A stretch of 64,000 bases of DNA from Actinomycetales bacterium (GTDB taxonomy: Bacteria > Actinomycetota > Actinomycetes > S36-B12), in the NCBI GenBank assembly GCA_016125355.1, contig WGLX01000006.1:37884-101883 (forward strand). The letters run 5' to 3'. Positions 1 to 9,713 of this stretch are shown here, one piece after another. The notes beneath the pieces are model-generated. The model saw only the letters and a list, made by a program, of their open reading frames with translations, did no database searches and had not been told where the DNA came from. A program made the translations under genes and the position numbers. How positions within the stretch are numbered: the first letter of the stretch is position 1; every line of letters starts with the position of its first letter.

Positions 1-485
1 CCAGCATCCTGTTCGGTGACGCACTGGGCGTGACGACGTCCGACCTGATCTGGCAGGCCGTCCTCGCCGTCGTGGTCACCTCCGTGGCCCTCGTCCTGTA
101 TCGCCCACTGCTCACGCTGAGCTTCAATCCCGAGAAGGCTCAGCTGCTGGGCATGCAGCCGAAGCGCGCGCACGCCGCGCTCCTGGTGCTCATCGCCGCG
201 GCCGTCATCGGCAGCTACCAGTCCGTCGGCACGCTCCTGGTCTTCGGCCTGCTGGTCGGGCCTCCCGCCACAGCGAGTCTCATCGCCCGCACCGTCCCTC
301 GGATGATGGCGTACTCCGTCGTGATCTCGCTGTTCTCCGTGTGGCTGGGCCTGACGCTGAGCTACCACCTCGGCACGGCGGGCTCGGCGACCATGGCCCT
401 GGTGCCGATCGTGCTGTTCTTCATCGTCCTCGGGATCACCCGGCTCGCGCCGCGTCGCGTCGCCCAGGAGGTCGTCCATGACTGA
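1..485 (+). CDS. Metal (Zn/Mn-type) ABC transporter permease, 3' part; the gene continues upstream of the window
   Basis: The frame is open from nt 3 (SILFGDALGVTTSDL...). The product is hydrophobic and multi-TM, with a ZnuB/MntB-like C-terminus. Its stop overlaps the ATG of the downstream ATPase. Confidence 0.75.
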   Translation, partial: SILFGDALGVTTSDLIWQAVLAVVVTSVALVLYRPLLTLSFNPEKAQLLGMQPKRAHAALLVLIAAAVIGSYQSVGTLLVFGLLVGPPATASLIARTVPRMMAYSVVISLFSVWLGLTLSYHLGTAGSATMALVPIVLFFIVLGITRLAPRRVAQEVVHD

Positions 486-1272
486 CGCCGTCGTCGGCCG
501 CCACGTGGTGATCAGCCGCGGGGACCACGTGGCCCTGCGCGAGTCCGACTTCACCGTCCCCTCCGGCGCGATCACGGCGATCATCGGCCCGAACGGCTCC
601 GGAAAGTCGACCCTCCTCCACGCCATCGCCGGGCTCATCCCCGTGTCGAATGGGTCGCTCACCGTCCTCGGAGCCACTCCGGCGCTGAGCCAGTCGGACC
701 TGGCGTACGTCCTGCAGTACACGACTGTCCCGGCCGGGACGCCGCTGACCGTCGCGGAGGCCGTGATGATGGCCCGCTTCCCGTCACTGGGGTTCCTCCG
801 TAGGCCCTCGAGCCGCGACCGCGAGCGCGTCCAGCAGGCGATGGAGCGGCTCGACATCACGCACCTCGCGCGCCGGCATCTCACCGAGCTCTCGGGCGGG
901 CAGCGGCAGCGCGTCTACGTGGCGCAGGGCATCGCCCAGGATCATCGCATGCTGCTGCTCGACGAGCCGCTCACCGGGCTGGACATCACGTCCGCGAAGA
1001 CGATCGACTCGATCATCCACGATGAGCCCACCCGGGGCTGCTCGGTGCTGCTGACGACCCACGACCTCGAAGAGGCCAGGGCCGCGGACCACGTCATCCT
1101 CACGGCCGGTCGTGTGGTGGCCTCCGGCGCGCCCGCCGACGTGCTCACGCCCGCGAACCTCGCGGAGGCGTATGGCCTCGGCGCGCTGCATGATCCCGAC
1201 ACCGAGGCGCCGCGGTTCCCGACCGAGCACCACGATCACGTCCACGACGGGGAGCCGGATCGTGGCTTCTGA
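478..1272 (+). CDS. Metal ABC transporter ATP-binding protein
   Basis: Walker A GPNGSGKST, ABC signature LSGGQRQR and Walker B LLLDEP are present. The gene is translationally coupled to the upstream permease. Confidence 0.85.
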   Translation: MTDAVVGRHVVISRGDHVALRESDFTVPSGAITAIIGPNGSGKSTLLHAIAGLIPVSNGSLTVLGATPALSQSDLAYVLQYTTVPAGTPLTVAEAVMMARFPSLGFLRRPSSRDRERVQQAMERLDITHLARRHLTELSGGQRQRVYVAQGIAQDHRMLLLDEPLTGLDITSAKTIDSIIHDEPTRGCSVLLTTHDLEEARAADHVILTAGRVVASGAPADVLTPANLAEAYGLGALHDPDTEAPRFPTEHHDHVHDGEPDRGF

Positions 1273-1678
1273 TCGCGCACCCGTCGGCCGGCGATCCACC
1301 CGCCAGCGGCTGGCGGTGCTCGACGCCTTGGCGGAGGTCGATGACTTCCGGTCGGCCCAGGAGCTGCACGAGTACCTGCGCGGCAAGGGCGATGCCGTGG
1401 GCCTGACCACGGTCTACCGCACCCTCGCGGCGCTCGCCGAGGCCGACGAGGTGGACGTCATCCTGCGCGAGGACGGCGAGAGCATCTACCGCCGGTGCAG
1501 CGGATCGCACCATCACCACCTCGTGTGCCGGGAGTGCGGGCGCACCGTCGAGGTGGCCGGCCCCACCGTGGAGACCTGGGCCGCGGCCGTCGGGCGCGAG
1601 CACGGCTTCACCGACATCCGGCACACCGTCGAGCTCATCGGCCTCTGCCGCGACTGCAGCACCCCCGCCACGAGTTGA
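1262..1678 (+). CDS. zur: Fur-family metalloregulator, probably zinc uptake regulator Zur
   Basis: It has a winged-helix region (RQRLAVLDAL...TVYRTL), a HHHHLVCRECG motif and a C-terminal CRDC. The GTG start overlaps the ATPase stop. It lies adjacent to the metal ABC genes, and the zur-uppS-recO-era order matches known actinobacterial synteny. Confidence 0.7.
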   Translation: MASDRAPVGRRSTRQRLAVLDALAEVDDFRSAQELHEYLRGKGDAVGLTTVYRTLAALAEADEVDVILREDGESIYRRCSGSHHHHLVCRECGRTVEVAGPTVETWAAAVGREHGFTDIRHTVELIGLCRDCSTPATS

Positions 1679-1761
1679 ACCGCTTCCCGGTTCACATCGG
1701 CATTCTGCGGGGGTTATGACCGTTTTGCGAAGAAATTGAACCGGGAAGCGGTTCAACTCGT
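1670..1761. repeat. 92-bp MITE/REP-like element, copy A, with perfect 21-bp terminal inverted repeats
   Basis: ACGAGTTGAACCGCTTCCCGG lies at 1670-1690 and its exact reverse complement at 1741-1761. It sits between the convergent zur and uppS genes. The same termini occur at 4546/4797 and 14230/14321. Confidence 0.85.
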
Positions 1762-1766
1762 GAGGG

Positions 1767-2561
1767 TCAGGCCGGGGGCGGGTTGGGCACCGCTCCGCCG
1801 TAGCGACGGTCCCGCGAGGCATAGACCTCGCACGCGTGCCACAGGTGACGCCGGTCGAAGTCGGGCCACAGCGTGTCGAGGAAGACAAACTCCGCGTACG
1901 CCGACTGCCAGAGCAGGAAGTTGCTGATCCGCTGCTCCCCCGACGACCGCACGAACAGGTCGACATCCGGCATGTCGGGCTCGTCGAGGAACCGGTGGAA
2001 CGTGCGCTCGTCGATGCGGTCGGGATCCAGGCGGCCGGCCCGGACCTCGCGGGCCATCGCCGCCGCAGCGTCGGCGATCTCCGCGCGCCCGCCGTAGTTG
2101 ACGCACATCGTCAGCGTCAGCTTGCGGTTGTCCTTGGTGAGCTCCTCAGCCTCCTCGAGCTCATTGATCACGCTGCGCCACAGCCGCGGCCGCCGGCCCG
2201 CCCAGCGCACCCGGACGCCGAGCTCGTTCATCTCATCCCGGCGCCGACGGATCACGTCGCGGTTGAAGCCCATGAGGAACTTGACCTCGTCCGGTGAGCG
2301 CTTCCAGTTCTCCGTCGAGAACGCGTAGGCACTGAGCCAGCCGATCCCCAGCTCGAGGGCGCCCTCGACACAGTCGAACAGGCTCGCCTCGCCGGCCGTG
2401 TGGCCGGCCGTGCGCGGCAGGCCGCGCTCCTTGGCCCAGCGGCCGTTGCCGTCCATGACGATCGCGACGTGCCGAGGCACGAGATCAGCGGGGATCGTCG
2501 GCGGTCGAGCACCCGAGGGATGCGGAGACGGCGTCCGCACGGGAGCAGAGCGTCGGGCCAT
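1767..2561 (-). CDS. uppS: Isoprenyl transferase / undecaprenyl-diphosphate synthase
   Basis: [20 protein letters not shown] and [11 protein letters not shown] motifs, plus the conserved C-terminal RRYGG. Confidence 0.9.
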   Translation of the reverse strand: MARRSAPVRTPSPHPSGARPPTIPADLVPRHVAIVMDGNGRWAKERGLPRTAGHTAGEASLFDCVEGALELGIGWLSAYAFSTENWKRSPDEVKFLMGFNRDVIRRRRDEMNELGVRVRWAGRRPRLWRSVINELEEAEELTKDNRKLTLTMCVNYGGRAEIADAAAAMAREVRAGRLDPDRIDERTFHRFLDEPDMPDVDLFVRSSGEQRISNFLLWQSAYAEFVFLDTLWPDFDRRHLWHACEVYASRDRRYGGAVPNPPPA

Positions 2562-2591
2562 GCGCCCATCCTGTCAGGTCGAGGGAGCCGA

Positions 2592-3341
2592 TCAGGTCCG
2601 GTCGACGAGCGGCAGGGAGCGCAGATTGCGCTCCAGATGCCACTGCGTGTACGCCGCCACGACCCCGCTCGCCTCGCGCCGCTCCCGGGCATCCGTGGCG
2701 TCCGCGAGCAGCCAGTCGCCGCTCAGGAGCGCACCGAGCAGGGCGATGGCCGCCGCCGAGGGCGCAGCCGAGCCGGGCGGTCGGCAACTGGCGCACACGA
2801 CTCCACCGCTGGCCACGGACACCGCCCGATGCGGGCCCGGAGCTCCACAGCGCGCGCACTCGTCGAAGGAGGGCGACCAGCCGGCGATCGCCAGCGAGCG
2901 CAGGAGGTAGGAGTCCAGGATCAGGCCCGGATCGTGCTCGCGGGCCACGAGGGAGCGCAGACCGGAGACGAGGAGGGCGAACTGCGGCAGCGCCGGCTCA
3001 CGCTCCTCCGGCGTCAGCCGCTCGGCGGTCTCCAGCATCGCCGTTCCGGCGGTCCAGCGGGCGTAGTCGGCCGCGAGCGCAGCACCATGGGCCGCGATGG
3101 TCTCGACCTGCGTGACGTTGTCGAGCGATCGCCCTTCGTACATCTGGACGTCGACGTGGCCGAACGGCTCCAGCCGGGCGCCGATGCGGGATGAGGTCTT
3201 GCGGACGCCGCGCGCCACGGCGCGGACCCGGCCGCGCTCGCGGCACAGCAGAGTGACGATCCGGTCCGCCTCACCCAACTTCTGGGTGCGCAGCACGATC
3301 GCCTCGTCTCGGTACACCGGCACCGCTAGATTCTTTCGCAT
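2592..3341 (-). CDS. recO: DNA repair protein RecO
   Basis: [24 protein letters not shown]...[12 protein letters not shown] is a typical RecO N-terminus. I trimmed the ORF from 3545 to the ATG at 3341. A GTG a few codons downstream is also possible. Confidence 0.8.
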   Translation of the reverse strand: MRKNLAVPVYRDEAIVLRTQKLGEADRIVTLLCRERGRVRAVARGVRKTSSRIGARLEPFGHVDVQMYEGRSLDNVTQVETIAAHGAALAADYARWTAGTAMLETAERLTPEEREPALPQFALLVSGLRSLVAREHDPGLILDSYLLRSLAIAGWSPSFDECARCGAPGPHRAVSVASGGVVCASCRPPGSAAPSAAAIALLGALLSGDWLLADATDARERREASGVVAAYTQWHLERNLRSLPLVDRT

Positions 3342-4536
3342 GGCGGACTCGGAGCCGGTCAACCCGGAGCCAACGGAGCCGGTGTCGGACGCGGCAGCGG
3401 CCTCCGACCTCCCGCCCGCGCCTGCGGGGAGGAGCCCGGCCGCGACCCCGCCGACCGCTCCGGTGCTGGTGGCAGCGGATACCAAGTGGCTGCGCAGGGC
3501 GCTCGTGATGGTCGTGATCGCGATCCTCTCCCTCGAGCTCATCAATCACGTCTGGGGCGCACTGAGCGGTTTCCTGTTCAACCTGCTCCTCGCGTGGCTC
3601 ATCGCGATCTCCGTGGACCCGGTGGTCACCTGGCTCAACAAGCGAGGGATGCGCCGGGGCGCGGCCACCGCCCTCGTGGCCATCGTGACCCTGATCCTCA
3701 TCGGCGGGTTCATCGCGCTGTTCGGCGGAGCCCTCGCGGCGCAGACCGTCCAGCTGGTCACGGCGCTCCCCGCCCTGGTGCTCGACATCGTGACCTGGAT
3801 CAACGGGACCTTCGAGGCGTCCATCGATCCGCAGCAGCTGCTGGCCAACCTCAACCTAACGACCCAGCAGGCTGCCGACCTCGCCAGCGCCCTCGCCGGC
3901 GGCGTCCTGGCGGTCCTCGTCAGCGTGGTGGGCGCCCTGTTCAACTTCGTCACCGTGATCGTCTTCTCGTTCTACTTCGCCGCCGACGCGCCTCGGATCA
4001 AGCGGTGGATCGCCTCACTGCTCAAGCCCGCCCAGCAGGTGGTGTTCATCCAGGTGTGGGACATCTCCGTGCGCAAGGCCGGTGGGTTCGTCATCTCCAA
4101 GTTCGCCCTGGCGAGCGTCTCGGCCCTGTTCCACAGCCTGTTCTTCTGGCTCATCGACATCCCGTTCTGGCTGCCGATGGGCATCTTCGCGGGCTTCGTC
4201 AGCCAGTTCATCCCGACCATCGGCACCTACATCGGGGTGGCCCTGCCGGCGTTGTTCGCCGCCTTCAATGAGCCGCTCGACGTGCTCTGGATCGCGCTCT
4301 TCGCCACCGTGTACCAGCAGATCGAGAACTACGTGCTGACCCCTCGCATCTCCACGCACACCATGGACATCAACTCCGGGGTGGCCCTCGCGGCGGTGTT
4401 CATCGGCGCCGCGCTATTCGGCCCGATCGGCGCAATCATCGGCATCCCGCTGGCGGCCATCGTCATCGCCGTCTTCGAGGCCTTCGGCCAGCGGTACGAG
4501 GTGCACCCCTACGTCGAACGCCGCGCCGACAACTGA
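3340..4536 (+). CDS. AI-2E family (PerM/UPF0118) transporter
   Basis: Multi-TM protein with the conserved stretch [10 protein letters not shown]...[14 protein letters not shown] trimmed the start to the ATG at 3340 (MADSEPV...), because the upstream part of the ORF is antisense to recO. The start is uncertain. Confidence 0.7.
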   Translation: MADSEPVNPEPTEPVSDAAAASDLPPAPAGRSPAATPPTAPVLVAADTKWLRRALVMVVIAILSLELINHVWGALSGFLFNLLLAWLIAISVDPVVTWLNKRGMRRGAATALVAIVTLILIGGFIALFGGALAAQTVQLVTALPALVLDIVTWINGTFEASIDPQQLLANLNLTTQQAADLASALAGGVLAVLVSVVGALFNFVTVIVFSFYFAADAPRIKRWIASLLKPAQQVVFIQVWDISVRKAGGFVISKFALASVSALFHSLFFWLIDIPFWLPMGIFAGFVSQFIPTIGTYIGVALPALFAAFNEPLDVLWIALFATVYQQIENYVLTPRISTHTMDINSGVALAAVFIGAALFGPIGAIIGIPLAAIVIAVFEAFGQRYEVHPYVERRADN

Positions 4537-4545
4537 CCCACACCG

Positions 4546-4797
4546 ACGAGTTGAACCGCTTCCCGGCTCAATTCTGGCGAATTGAACCGGGATCGCGGCC
4601 GGTCTGCGCATTTGCACCGCCCGGCCGTGGGACACGCGGCGAGCAAGCTCCGGGGCCCTAGCCGCACCCGGATGGACTCAAGCGCTCTACTCCACCACGT
4701 CGCCTCCGGCTCCGCGTGCGAGGCGGTTCAGATCGGCGGTTTCCCCGTGATCCCGGCTCAATTCTGCAGAATTGAGCCGGGAAGCGGTTCAACTCGT
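4546..4797. repeat. Composite of two inverted copies (B1 and B2) of the same MITE/REP-like element
   Basis: The outer ends carry the perfect 21-bp termini (4546-4566 and 4777-4797). Each half contains the CCGGCTCAATTC-N4-GAATTGA(G/A)CCGG hairpin, while the inner termini are degenerate. It lies between the convergent AI-2E and era genes. Confidence 0.8.
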
Positions 4798-4800
4798 GGG

Positions 4801-5721
4801 CTAGAAGCCGAGGCGGCGCAGTTGCTTCGGGTCCTTCTGCCAGTCCTTGGCCACCTTGACGCGGATGTCGAGGAACACCGGCGTCCCGAGCATCGCCTCG
4901 ATCTCTTTGCGCGCCTTCGTACCGACCTGCTTGAGTCGCGACCCCGCCTTGCCGATGACAATCGCCTTCTGCGTCTCCCGTTCTACGAAGAGCGAGGCGC
5001 GGACATCCGTCAGCGGCCGGTCCACGGGCCGGTCCTCACGCTCCTCGATCTCGTCGACCACCACCGCGATGGAGTGCGGCAGTTCGTCCTGCACACCCTC
5101 GAGCGCGGCCTCCCGGATCAGCTCGGCCACCGCGATCTCGGTGGTCGCCGCCTCATCCACCCCCTCGGGGAACAGGACCGGTCCCTCGGGAAGCTGGCCG
5201 ATGAGCTGCTCCACGAGCACCTCGACCTGGGATCCGGTGCGCGCGGACACCGGTACGACCGACGCCCACTGGATCCCCAACTCCCCCGCCAGGGCACCGA
5301 CCTCGGCCAGCCGCTCGGCCACGGTGGCCCGATCCACGGAGTCCGTCTTCGTCACCACGGCCACCAGCGGCTTGCGGCGCAATCCGGCCAGCTCCGCCCC
5401 GATGAAACGATCCCCCGGCCCGACCGCCTGGTCCGCGGGGATGCACAGTCCCACCACGTCGACGCTCGCCCACGTCTCGCGCACCTGATCGTTGAGCCGC
5501 TCCCCCAGCAGCGTGCGCGGACGATGCAGCCCCGGCGTGTCCACGAGGATGAGCTGGCCCTCCGGCCGATTGACGATCCCCCGCAGCACCCGCCGGGTCG
5601 TCTGTGGCCGATCCGACGTGATCGCCACCTTGCGACCGACCATGGCATTCGTCAGCGTGGACTTGCCGGCGTTGGGCCGGCCCACGAGGCACGCGAAGCC
5701 GCTCCTGAAATCGTCTGTCAC
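4801..5721 (-). CDS. era: GTPase Era
   Basis: GRPNAGKST (G1), DTPG (G3), TKTD (G4) and a KH-domain C-terminus ending KQLRRLGF. The GTG start at 5721 overlaps the upstream stop as GTGA. Confidence 0.9.
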   Translation of the reverse strand: MTDDFRSGFACLVGRPNAGKSTLTNAMVGRKVAITSDRPQTTRRVLRGIVNRPEGQLILVDTPGLHRPRTLLGERLNDQVRETWASVDVVGLCIPADQAVGPGDRFIGAELAGLRRKPLVAVVTKTDSVDRATVAERLAEVGALAGELGIQWASVVPVSARTGSQVEVLVEQLIGQLPEGPVLFPEGVDEAATTEIAVAELIREAALEGVQDELPHSIAVVVDEIEEREDRPVDRPLTDVRASLFVERETQKAIVIGKAGSRLKQVGTKARKEIEAMLGTPVFLDIRVKVAKDWQKDPKQLRRLGF

Positions 5722-6626
5722 CGCACTCGCTCCCGCTCGCTTCCGCCGTCGTCGCTCGGCCGCCTCACGTTCTCCATGATCCCCAGCAACGCTAGGGCAG
5801 CGAAGACGAGAACGCACCCGATCCCCCCGAGGACGCCGAGCGCCTCGCCCAGCACTGCCACACCGAGAAGGGTGGCCACGGCCGGCTCCAGCAGGTTCAG
5901 CGTCGCGATGTGTCCCGGCTGGAGGACGGCCAGTCCGACGCCGAACAGCAGGTACGCCACCGTCGTGGCGCCCAGCCCGAGCCACATCACCGCGACGACA
6001 CCGGCCGGGGACCACCACCACGTGGACGCCACCGCTGCCGGCAGCAGCACCAGCGCCCCGACGGAGAACGACGACGCCAGGACCGCTCCGGGATCGCCGC
6101 CGTCACGGGAGAGCCGCACGCCGATCACGGTGTACACCGCGTAGCAGCCGCCGGCGGACGCGGCCGCCAGCGCCCCCACCGGGTCGGGGGCCGTGACGCC
6201 ACCGGACAGCAGCAGGGTCACGCCCACGACCGCGATCACCGTGGACACCGCCCACACCCACCCGGGGGCACCCTCGCGCAGCAGCCACCCCAGCACCCCG
6301 GCGAGGAACGGGGCCAGTGCCAGCGAGACGAGGGTCCCGACCGCGACCCCGGTACGGGATGTCCCGATGAAGAAGAACGCCTGGTATCCCGCCACCGCGA
6401 GGCCCATCACCCATGTCGTGGGCCGTCGCCAGAGCCGCCGGACCGCGGCCAGATGCCCGCGCCATGCGACGAAGGCCAGCAGGCCGAGCGAGCCGACCAG
6501 GAGCCGCATCGCGGCGACGCCGGGGCCCGGTGCTCCGGGCGCCAGGAGGGCCAACGACGTCGCAGACGTGCCGAAGAGGGTGGCAGCGGCCAGCACGGCG
6601 ACGGCTCCGCGGGCCGCGGGACTCAT
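5718..6626 (-). CDS. EamA/DMT-family transporter
   Basis: About 10 predicted TM segments and a Gly/Ala/Leu-rich duplicated EamA-like architecture. The ATG at 6626 overlaps the upstream stop as ATGA. Confidence 0.65.
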   Translation of the reverse strand: MSPAARGAVAVLAAATLFGTSATSLALLAPGAPGPGVAAMRLLVGSLGLLAFVAWRGHLAAVRRLWRRPTTWVMGLAVAGYQAFFFIGTSRTGVAVGTLVSLALAPFLAGVLGWLLREGAPGWVWAVSTVIAVVGVTLLLSGGVTAPDPVGALAAASAGGCYAVYTVIGVRLSRDGGDPGAVLASSFSVGALVLLPAAVASTWWWSPAGVVAVMWLGLGATTVAYLLFGVGLAVLQPGHIATLNLLEPAVATLLGVAVLGEALGVLGGIGCVLVFAALALLGIMENVRRPSDDGGSERERVR

Positions 6627-6961
6627 GTCTCCTGCCGGTCGACGACCTCGCCGGCGGCGTCGCACACCAGCACCGGCACACCGGACCCCGCCAGCTCCCG
6701 CAACGCCGCTAGCCCGTCCGCGGCGGGCGGCTCACCGACGATCACGGCAGCCTCGACGCCATCCGCACCTGCGGCCACTGCCTGCGCCACGGCGAGGTCC
6801 AGGGCCGAGATCGAGAGTGCGGTCAGCCGCACATCCACGGCGACATAGCTCCGTCCGGTCGCGTCCCTGAGCCCGGCCCCGGCACGAGCCCCGACGCGGC
6901 CGCGCGCGCCTCGGGCGAGGGTGACGAGCTTCGCGTCCTCCGGGTCGAGCGCCTCACTCAT
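6623..6961 (-). CDS. Conserved small protein with a cytidine-deaminase-like fold, lacking the zinc motif; positional equivalent of mycobacterial Rv2365c
   Basis: It sits between the CBS/DUF21 gene and era, as in other actinobacteria. The ATG at 6961 overlaps the upstream gene by 8 nt. I saw no CxxC or HxE catalytic motif. Confidence 0.55.
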   Translation of the reverse strand: MSEALDPEDAKLVTLARGARGRVGARAGAGLRDATGRSYVAVDVRLTALSISALDLAVAQAVAAGADGVEAAVIVGEPPAADGLAALRELAGSGVPVLVCDAAGEVVDRQET

Positions 6962-8261
6962 CCGAGGCCTCCGACGCGGGCTCGGCCGAGTGCGGCTGGA
7001 CGAGCACCGTGCCGATGCGATTGCGCCGGCCAGCCCCCTGCTCGGCCGTGAGCCGCCATCCGTCGAGGTCCACGGAGGCGCCGGGGATCGGCACGCGGCC
7101 AAGGCGCTTGGCCACCAGGCCCAGCACCGTCTCGACCCCCTCCTCCTCGGAGTCGACCTCCACGTCGACGAGCTCCGCGAAGTCGTCGACATGCATCCGC
7201 GCCATCAGCCGGAAGGCCCCGTCTGCCAGCGGGACGACCTCGGGCGCCGCCGTGTCGTACTCGTCGGCGATCTCACCGACGATCTCCTCGAGGATGTCCT
7301 CGATGGTGACTAGGCCTGCCGTGCCGCCGTACTCGTCGACGACCACGGCCATGTGCACCCGCGCCGACTGCATGTCCCGGAGGAGGGCATCGGCGGGCTT
7401 GCTGTCGGGGACGAAGTAGGGCACGCGCATCAGCGACTCGACGCGCTCCGACTGCTCCGCATCGCGGTGCTCGAAGACGCGCCGCACCACGTCCTTGAGG
7501 TAGATGATCCCAACGACGTCGTCCGCGTTCTCGCCGATGACGGGAATGCGCGAGAACCCGGACCGCAGGCCCAGCGACAGGGCCTGCCGCAGGGTCTTCG
7601 AGCGCTCGATGAAGATCATCTCGGTGCGCGGCACCATCACCTCACGGGCGAAGGTCTCGCCCAGCTCGAACACCGAGTGGATCATCTGCCGCTCATCGTC
7701 TTCGATGAGGTCGTCCGCCTCGGCGAGGTCGACCATCTCGCGCAGATCCGCCTGCGACGAGAACGGCCCCTCGCGGTAGCCCTTGCCGGGTGTCACGGCA
7801 TTGCCGACCAGGATCAGCAGGGAGGCCAGCGGGCCGAGCACCGTGGCCAGCCAGTGTGCTGGTCCGGCGGCCACCATGGCGATGCGGTCGGCGTGCTGGC
7901 GTCCGAGGGTGCGGGCCGCGACTCCGACCACCACGTAGTGCACGACGACCATGAGGAGCACGGCGACCAGCAGGGCCAGGAACACCGATCCCGGGCCGAT
8001 CACGTCGTAGCTCACGTACCCGACGATCACGGTGGCGGTGACCCGGCAGAGCGTGGACAGGAAGAGCAGGACGTTGACGTGGCGGGGACGGTCGTCGAGA
8101 ACGGTCAGCAGTCGCGCCGCGCGGCGATTCCCCTCACGGCGCGCCTCCTCGGCATGCGACCGGCTCGCCCGGTCGATTGCCACCTCGGCACAGGCGAGCG
8201 CACCCGCCACCAGCACCAGGAGGGCCACCAGCAGGATCAGCCAGATGTCCGACGCCATCAT
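6954..8261 (-). CDS. Hemolysin-family (DUF21-CBS-CorC_HlyC) membrane protein
   Basis: An N-terminal 4-TM DUF21-like region, a CBS pair (RIPVIGENADDVVGIIYLKD...) and a CorC/HlyC C-terminal domain. The ATG at 8261 overlaps the ybeY stop. Confidence 0.85.
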   Translation of the reverse strand: MMASDIWLILLVALLVLVAGALACAEVAIDRASRSHAEEARREGNRRAARLLTVLDDRPRHVNVLLFLSTLCRVTATVIVGYVSYDVIGPGSVFLALLVAVLLMVVVHYVVVGVAARTLGRQHADRIAMVAAGPAHWLATVLGPLASLLILVGNAVTPGKGYREGPFSSQADLREMVDLAEADDLIEDDERQMIHSVFELGETFAREVMVPRTEMIFIERSKTLRQALSLGLRSGFSRIPVIGENADDVVGIIYLKDVVRRVFEHRDAEQSERVESLMRVPYFVPDSKPADALLRDMQSARVHMAVVVDEYGGTAGLVTIEDILEEIVGEIADEYDTAAPEVVPLADGAFRLMARMHVDDFAELVDVEVDSEEEGVETVLGLVAKRLGRVPIPGASVDLDGWRLTAEQGAGRRNRIGTVLVQPHSAEPASEASDE

Positions 8262-8713
8262 GAGCGCCAGCCCCGGAGCAGCCGATCCTGGAGCGCGAAC
8301 ATGGCGTCGTACTCCTCCTGCGTGGCGTGGTCGTAGCCGATGAGGTGCAGCGTGCCATGCGTGGTGAGGAAGGCGAGCTCGTCGTCGAGGGTGCGCCCGG
8401 CGGCGGCCGCCTGTGCGCGGGCGAAGGCCGGGCACAGCACGATGTCGCCGAGCACGCCCGGCTCCGGCTCCTCGTCCGGTGCCGCCGATCGCACCTCGTC
8501 GATGGGGAAGGACAGGACATCGGTCGGTCCGGGCTCCTGCATCCAGTCCTCGTGCAGGGTGGTCATGCGCTCCTCATCTACGAGGGTCACCCCCAGCTCG
8601 CACTCGGGGTGCAGGCGCAGGGCTGCGAAGAGGTGGTCGAGCAGGTCGCCCAGGGCGTCCGAGTCGCAGTCCACCCCCGACTCGTTGAGGATCGTCGCCT
8701 GTCGTGGGGTCAC
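8258..8713 (-). CDS. ybeY: rRNA maturation endoribonuclease YbeY
   Basis: HGTLHLIGYDH zinc-binding motif, with typical size and position after phoH. Confidence 0.9.
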   Translation of the reverse strand: MTPRQATILNESGVDCDSDALGDLLDHLFAALRLHPECELGVTLVDEERMTTLHEDWMQEPGPTDVLSFPIDEVRSAAPDEEPEPGVLGDIVLCPAFARAQAAAAGRTLDDELAFLTTHGTLHLIGYDHATQEEYDAMFALQDRLLRGWRS

Positions 8714-9696
8714 GTGGCCCGCTTCGCGTCGTACTTCTCGTAGGCGTCGACGATGCGGCCCACGAGCTTGTGACGCACGACGTCGTGGGACGTGAGCCGG
8801 CAGAACGCGACATCGTCGATGCCCTCGAGGATGTCGGAGACGACGCGTAGCCCGCTCGACGTGCCGCCGGGCAGGTCCACCTGGGTCACGTCGCCCGTGA
8901 CGACCATGGTCGAGCCGAAGCCGAGACGGGTGAGGAACATCTTCATCTGCTCCGCCGAGGTGTTCTGCGCCTCGTCGAGGATGATGAACGAGTCGTTGAG
9001 CGTCCTGCCGCGCATGTAGGCCAACGGCGCCACCTCGATCGTGCCGCTGGTGATGAGCCGCGGGATCGAGTCGGGGTCGATCATGTCGTGCAGAGCGTCG
9101 TACAAGGGCCGCAAGTAGGGGTCGATCTTCTCCGACAGGCTGCCCGGCAGGAAGCCGAGCCGTTCGCCGGCCTCGACGGCCGGGCGGGTGAGGACGATGC
9201 GGTTGATGCGCTTGGCCTGCAGCGCCTGCACGGCCTTGGCAACCGCGAGGTAGGTCTTGCCCGTTCCCGCCGGGCCGATGCCGAACACGATCGTGTTCGA
9301 GTCGATCGCGTCGACGTACCTCTTCTGGTTGAGCGTCTTGGCGCGGATCGTGCGGCCGCGGTTGCTCAGGATGTTCGCGGTGAGGACCTCGGTGGGCCTG
9401 GTGCCGGAGCGGACCAGGGCGATGCTCCGCTCCACCGACTCGTGCGTGAGGGCCTGTCCGGTGCGCAGCACCGCGAGCATCTCGGCCACCAACGTGTCGA
9501 CGAGGGCCACCTCGTCCGCGTCGCCGGCCACCGTGATCTCGTTGCCACGGGCGAGGATGTCCACGCCGGGGAAGGACTTCTCGACGAGCCTTAAGTACTC
9601 GTCCTGCGAGCCGAGAAGGGCCACCATCGGCTGGGAATGGGGCACCACGATCGTGGTCTGAGCCCGGGGGCTGTCCGAGGCCGACTGGGTCGTCAT
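8710..9696 (-). CDS. phoH: PhoH-family ATPase
   Basis: GPAGTGKTYLAVA Walker A and IILDEAQN Walker B. Confidence 0.9.
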   Translation of the reverse strand: MTTQSASDSPRAQTTIVVPHSQPMVALLGSQDEYLRLVEKSFPGVDILARGNEITVAGDADEVALVDTLVAEMLAVLRTGQALTHESVERSIALVRSGTRPTEVLTANILSNRGRTIRAKTLNQKRYVDAIDSNTIVFGIGPAGTGKTYLAVAKAVQALQAKRINRIVLTRPAVEAGERLGFLPGSLSEKIDPYLRPLYDALHDMIDPDSIPRLITSGTIEVAPLAYMRGRTLNDSFIILDEAQNTSAEQMKMFLTRLGFGSTMVVTGDVTQVDLPGGTSSGLRVVSDILEGIDDVAFCRLTSHDVVRHKLVGRIVDAYEKYDAKRAT

Positions 9697-9713
9697 GTGG
9701 TCACCGCCTGCCG

